Below, one piece after another: positions 58,103 to 64,000 of a DNA stretch of 64,000 bases (its first letter is position 1; each line of letters opens with the position of its first letter). The position numbers and the translations under genes are program-made. Under the pieces are notes generated by a model. The model was given only the letters and a program-made list of their open reading frames with translations, did not search any database and was not told the origin of the DNA. Source of the stretch: Azolla caroliniana (Eukaryota > Plantae > Polypodiophyta); the NCBI GenBank assembly GCA_043228905.1, contig JBHGNT010000005.1, positions 23,374,001 to 23,438,000 of the forward strand, written 5' to 3'.

Positions 58103-60636
58103 GTCCAGCCAAAATAGGAGCCGTTTGGATGGACAGCAGCCCTAGATGTGTACAACCCATTAGTGGTTCCATTCCTTCCAAGCAAGTTAGCAATGTGTTC
58201 CTAGCCCAAGTCATTGTTAGTACTAAAAGTACTCCCCCAGTACCCATCCTAGCACTTTTAGATTCCGGAGCTAATTCCTGTTTCATGTATCGAAATTTTG
58301 CCCAAGCTTCTCAGATATCCTTCAGAAAACTTCCTTGTCCCGTATCTGTAGTAGTCATTGATGGTCGTCCCATTGCTTCCGGGAATATTGTAGAAGAATC
58401 AGAACCCATTCAAGTTGTCCTAGGTAGTTTTGTGTGTGTAATATCATTTAATATAATTAGTAGTCCAGAGCATCCCATTGTCCTAGGATTACCTTGGTTT
58501 GAATTACATAATCCAGCCATAGATTGGAGAACAAGAGAAGTCCGATATCGACCACCTCAAGAATCAACTCACTGAGATTCGACCATTTCACTTCATCAAC
58601 TACGCGAAGAAGGACCCAAGAAGGCAATGTTCCTATTTGCAATATCAGTACATCCTTCCAGCACTATTAAGAAGGACTCCTCAGTACAACTTCCAACAAA
58701 ATATCATCCTTATGCCGATGTATTTGACAAGGTAAAAGCCGGTACCCTTCCTCATCACCGTCCCTATGACTGTCCCGTCGATTTACAACCAGAAACCGAG
58801 CCACCATGGGGACCAATTTACAACTTGTCACCCACCGAGTTAGAAGTCCTTCGAGCCTACATAGAGGAGAACTTGGCAAGTGGGTTCATCCGTCATTCGA
58901 AATCTCTGGCCGGTGCACCCATCTTCTTTGTCAAGAAGAAAGATGGCTCACTTCGTCTCGTCGTTGATTACCACGGATTGAATAAAGTCACCATCCGGAA
59001 TAGGTATGCACTTCCTCTTATATCAAGTCTTTTAGAGCGAGTTAATGGTGCCAAGTTTTTTACTAAAATCGACCTACGAGGAACGTATAACCTCGTGCGG
59101 ATCCGACCGGGAGATGAATGGAAGACCGCCTTTCGCACGCGGTATGGGCATTTCGAGTATACTGTTATGCCGTTCGGCCTAACCAATGCACCCGCAGTCT
59201 TCCAACACATGGCAAATGATATATTCAAAGACCTCTTGGATATCTGTTTGATCATCTATCTGGATGATCTATTGATTTATTCGAAGACCCAGGAAGATCA
59301 CAATTCTCATGTACTATTAGTACTAAAGCGACTATGCGAGAATGGTCTTTATGCCAAGCTAGAAAAATGTAGCTTTGATTGCAAGCAAGTGGAATTTCTA
59401 GGCTACGTCATCTCCTCAAAGGGCATCGCCATGGATCCAGCTAAAATCCAAACTGTACTAGAGTGGCAAATTCCACGGTCGGTACGAGATGTACAATGTT
59501 TTCTAGGTTTTGCTAACTTCTACCGTAAGTTTATACAGGATTACTCGAAGATTATTTTACCTCTCACACAACTTACGAAGAAGGGCCAAGCATTTCTTTG
59601 GTCCATCGAAGCAGATATGGCTTTTCGGCATCTTAAGAAAGCCTTTACATCAGCACCGATTCTAGCTCATGTGGATACAAGAAAACCATTCATCATGGAG
59701 GCCAACGCATCAGATTTCGCCCTCGGTGGCATCCTTTCTCAACAAGGAGATAAAGAAGAGTTGCATCTGATGGCTTTCCATTCGTGCAAATTTGATGTCG
59801 CAGAAATCAACTACGAAATACATGACAAGGAAGTATTAGCCATCATGGATTCATTTGTGCAATGGCGGCATTTCTTAGAGGGCTCTCCACATCAGGTCAT
59901 TGTCTTTAACGATCATAAAAATCTTGCTTATTTTCAGAACGCTCGCGTACTAAATCGATGGCAAGCTCGGTGGGCGCAATTCCTCACGCGTTTCAATTTC
60001 AAAATCACATATCGACCGGGGAAGCAGCAAGGAAAAGCAGATGCACTATCACGGTGTTCATATCTTGCACCTCGTCCTGGTGACGCAACATTTGATAATC
60101 AAAAGCAAGTAATCTTGGGACCAACACGATTGCACACGACGCGGATTTTTCACACCCCGATGGATTCAGGGATTACCGATGACATACGTGCAACCTTGAA
60201 AACGGATAGTTTTGCTCAAGACATCCTGGCGCACATTGATACTTCTAGGGCATCCTGTTCTCGGTCTCAACAACCAATTATTGACTACTGACAATTCGAA
60301 TATCATGATGGTTTGTTATTCTTTAAAATGTGTGTATATGTCCCCAATTGCTCCTGTCACCTTCAAATCGTCCAGCATTGTCACAACACCCATACGGCGG
60401 GACATTTCGGTAGTACTAACCCGGAGTATGAAGTTGCTGCCATCCTCGATTCCAAACTTGTTCGCAACCACCTTTATTACTTCGTCGATTGGCTCAGTTA
60501 TAGTCCGAGCGAACGTACTTGGGAACCCGTCGAGCATGTTGCCAATGCACAGGATCTTCTTGCTGATTTCCACCGAAAGTATCCGGACAACCCTGGTCAA
60601 CAATCAGCGTCGACTCTTTCCACTCGTCGTCTTTAA
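58090..60636 (+). pseudogene. pol: Pol of element G (PR, RT, RNase H, integrase stub, chromodomain) with premature stops
   Basis: [37 protein letters not shown]...VDW...TWEP; stops at 58573 and 60289. Confidence 0.92.
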
Positions 60637-60938
60637 GGGGGAGATAGTGTCATGATATGGCAAGACTCGAACCCATGACCTTATGCTACATGGGTCGAGC
60701 TCTTACCATTAGACTATGAATTATAATTTATAGAATATTATTTTCATTTATGCTTTATCATAGAAAATTAATGTATATTCCAAATCTCTCTAGAACATTC
60801 TAGAAGCTTCAGGCTTATTCCTAAAAACACTATAAAAGGAGGCACAAGGCATTGTTTTGAACCAAATTGGTTCAACACCAGTCTTAAGCCTCTTAGCCGC
60901 TTTGTACTTATCTTTCACATAATATATTAGCTGCTGTC

Positions 60939-60977
<39 letters not shown>

Positions 60978-63900
60978 CTCGCTATCTCTCTCTCTCCTCT
61001 TCTCACTTCCTCTCTCGGGAGTCTTACGTAGTCCCATCCCCTTAGTACTAATAGTACTACTCTTCTTTAGTACTAATTCCATCTCTGTTTTAGTACTATT
61101 CCTGACACTATGTTACCTTCATCGATGACTTCTCTAGATACACATGGATCTTTCCCATGAGGATGAAGAGTGAAGTGTTTTCACACTTCCAAAAATTCAA
61201 AAGTGAAGTCGAAAAGACAACTAGCCGCCATGTACGATGTCTTCAGTCAGACGGAGGAAAGGAATACTTCTCTGATGTGTTCACGACATACCTTCGACAA
61301 GAAGGAACTTGGCGAGAATTCACTTGCCGACACACACCGCAATAGAACGGTGTAGCGGAACACAAGAATTGGCACATCCTTGAAGTAGCAAGGGCCATCC
61401 TAAATGAGAAGCATATGCCCAAGTCATATTGGCCAGAAGCTGCAAATACAACCATCTACCTCATGAACCGGTGCACAACATCCAAAGTGCACGAGGTCAC
61501 CCTGCACGAGAATTACTATGGGAAGAAGCCGGATCTATCCCATGTGAGGATATTTGGCTCCATTGCATACGTCCACATTCTCGATGAGAAGCGGCAGAAG
61601 CTTGACCCAAAATCAAAGAAGCGCATCCTCGTGGGGTACTCACTGGAGCAAAAGGGGTACATGTGCTTCAACCCTTCTATTCAGAAGGTTTGTGTAAGTC
61701 GGGATGTCGTCTTTGACAAATCGACATCATGGTACAAACCCGGGCCGACTACTCCCGAACCATCTACGAACGACCTTGGCAACACAAAAGACGATGGTCA
61801 ACGAAGGTCAATACTCGAAGAGAGTCCGATATCAACTAGATTGAGCAAACCATAAGAGTGTCCAAGCAGCCAAAGCACATCTCGGCCAAGTCCAAAGATG
61901 GAGAAAGGGAAGGCCAAAATGTCGGAATATGAAGACAATCAATCTGACGACAACGAATCGACTTGCTCACTCGGTAGTGAGTTTGATGGCTTTAATGTGC
62001 CTCTTATGAGGTCAGCCGGACTTAAGAAAGCACTCACATTGGCAAACGAAAAACTCTATCGCTCCAACTGAGAGAAGAATCCAGTTTGCCGATTCGGCTA
62101 CAACGACTATATGGTATACCACTATGCCTTTATGATGAAGGTGGCAGCAGTTCGAGAACCGGAGAGCTTTGCCGAAGCCGCTAAAGATCCGCAATGGGTC
62201 GAAGCAATGAACGAGGAGATGCAAGCTCTCAAAAAGAATGAGACATGGGATCTTGTCCCTCACTCACCGCATAAGAAGGCAATCGGCTGCAGATGGATAT
62301 ACAAAGTGAAGTATAATGCCGACGGTTCCGTCAACCGTTACAAAGCTCAACTCGTAGCAAAGGGCTACACACAAACACAAGGAGTCGACTATGAAGAGAC
62401 CTTTGCCCCGGTGGCAAAGATGACAACCGTGCAAACCGTGATAGCGCTTGTTGTAGAGAAATGGTGGCACCTCCACCAAATGGATGTCAAGAATGCCTTT
62501 CTTCAAGGCGAATTAGAAGAGGAGGTGTACATGGTATAACCACTCGGCTTCGAATCCAACATTCATCCGAAAGCCGTTTGCCGACTCAAGAAGCCTCTCT
62601 ACGACCTTGCGCAAGAACCATGTGCTTGGCACTCGAAGATAACACAATATCTTCATCGAATGGGCTTCCGAATGTCAAATTTTGACAATTCTCTTTTTGT
62701 AAGAAGCGATTCTGAAAGTTTGATTGTCATCATCATATACGTGGCTCATTGGAATTGAGCATCTAGTCGACATCAACAGGGTCAAGTCCCTCCTCTCCAG
62801 CAAATTCGAGATGACGAACATGAAAGAGCTTCATTACTTCCTTGGCATTGAGGTAATCTAGACTCCAACCGGAGTAATGATCTCTCAACCACACTACATC
62901 CTCAACTTGTTATACAAGTTCGGGATGACCAAGTGCAAATCTGTGGCAACCCCTCTCGATTGAAACCTCAAACTGGATGCCAACTCCGGCACCACAGAGT
63001 GTGAGCCGACTCAGTATCGACGTTTGATCAGGAGCCTCATCTACCTCACGATCACTTGACCCGGTCGGCCTCCTTAGCCAATTCATGCAAGCTTTGCGAG
63101 ATATCCATTCAGATTGTGCTAAGCGTGTGCTACGATACATGAGTGGAACGATGGACTATGACATTCTCTATAAGTCGGTCACGCCAATTCAACTCGAAGG
63201 GTACATAGATGTTGATTGGGCTGGCTACAAAACCTATTGATGATCAACCTCTAGTTTCGTCTTCTCCCTCGGAAGTGGAGCCATCTCTTGGAGTAGTACG
63301 AAGTAACCAACCGTCGTTCTTCCGAACACAGAGGCCGAATATAGAGGCGCGACGGTGGCTGCATGTGAAGCCATATGGCTCAAGAGGATATTGACGGATT
63401 TGGGCATTCCCATCAAAGATCTGATTTCCCTTTATTGCGACTACATGAGCAATATTCATATGGCTCGGAACCCGGTGTTCCATGCACGCACGAAGCATAT
63501 TGAAGTGTACTATCACTTCATTCAAGAGCGCGTTCAAGCCGAAGATGTCGACCTTCAACACATCAACATGAATCTTTAGACTACCAACATCTTCACCAAA
63601 GCCCTAGGAGACGACAAGCTTCGGCAATTCATGTTAGACCTTGGATTGATGATCCCTAACTTTCCAAGCTTGAGGGGGAGTACATCCAAACCGGGTATCA
63701 GCCGAAGTGGACACCAAACAAGAGAGAACCGAATACCGTCTGAACCGGGTACCAGCCGAAGCAGACAAGCCGACCCAACTTGAGCTTGAGGGGGCATGTT
63801 GAGAATCAAGCTCAACCTAGTCTAATGTGTGAACACACCCTTGAGAGTGTATGAACACTCAAAGGTCAAAAGTCACACCACTACTCTCTACACATGAACT

Positions 63901-64000
63901 ATGTGTCATAGAATCATATTCTATGACACATAACTAATGAGTTTTCACATTCCCCATGACTCATGATCTTCGGTTGTTAATGAAGAGAGAGAGTGACTAT

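Larger units (their letters stand above)
56432..61107 (+). mobile_element. Element G: chromovirus (Tcn1/Tf1-like) Ty3/Gypsy lacking the integrase core
   Basis: LTRs 56432-56875 and 60648-61107; TSD CTATG; PPT AAGGGGGAGATAG 60635-60647; no tRNA PBS; C-terminal chromodomain. Confidence 0.95.
55283..64000 (+). mobile_element. Element F: degenerate Ty1/Copia (B/E group), interrupted by G
   Basis: 5' LTR stub 55283-~55380 joined by deletion to gag; PR (WFVDSGASNHM); integrase; RT/RH with stops; PPT at ~63787-63796; 3' LTR from 63797 to the window edge. Confidence 0.9.

Overview
Repeat-rich land-plant nuclear DNA. The retroelement content suggests a non-seed plant such as a fern or lycophyte, which is an inference. 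There is one host gene: a 3-exon, ~902-aa CHX cation/H+ antiporter (16447-20320, +). The rest is mostly nested LTR retrotransposons from three groups. (i) tRNA-Trp-primed non-chromovirus Ty3/Gypsy elements: A is intact and very young (1958-9244), C is degenerate (28722-35500) and D is gag-only (26618-46917). (ii) Self-priming chromovirus-type Ty3/Gypsy elements: G (56432-61107), G' (36095-38937), an older relative (1399-9884), an orphan LTR (9930-10324) and a non-coding element H (24308-54885). (iii) Ty1/Copia elements: B and E have tRNA-iMet PBSs; F, a fragment at 1-1300 and a solo LTR have no visible PBS. Nesting reaches four levels (H>D>B>C/G'). Most notable signals: tRNA-type Pol III A/B boxes at tRNA spacing, always antisense, in the U3 of several unrelated LTR families; an array of GTGAG..CTCAC bulged hairpins in non-coding element H; a covarying stem-loop before the PPT of all three Trp-primed elements; CpG-centred 4-bp TSDs; a conserved GGAUUUU-stop -1 frameshift after gag-protease; and one insertion site complementary to the element's own primer tail. 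All coordinates were read by eye and no searches were run. Element letters are my own labels.
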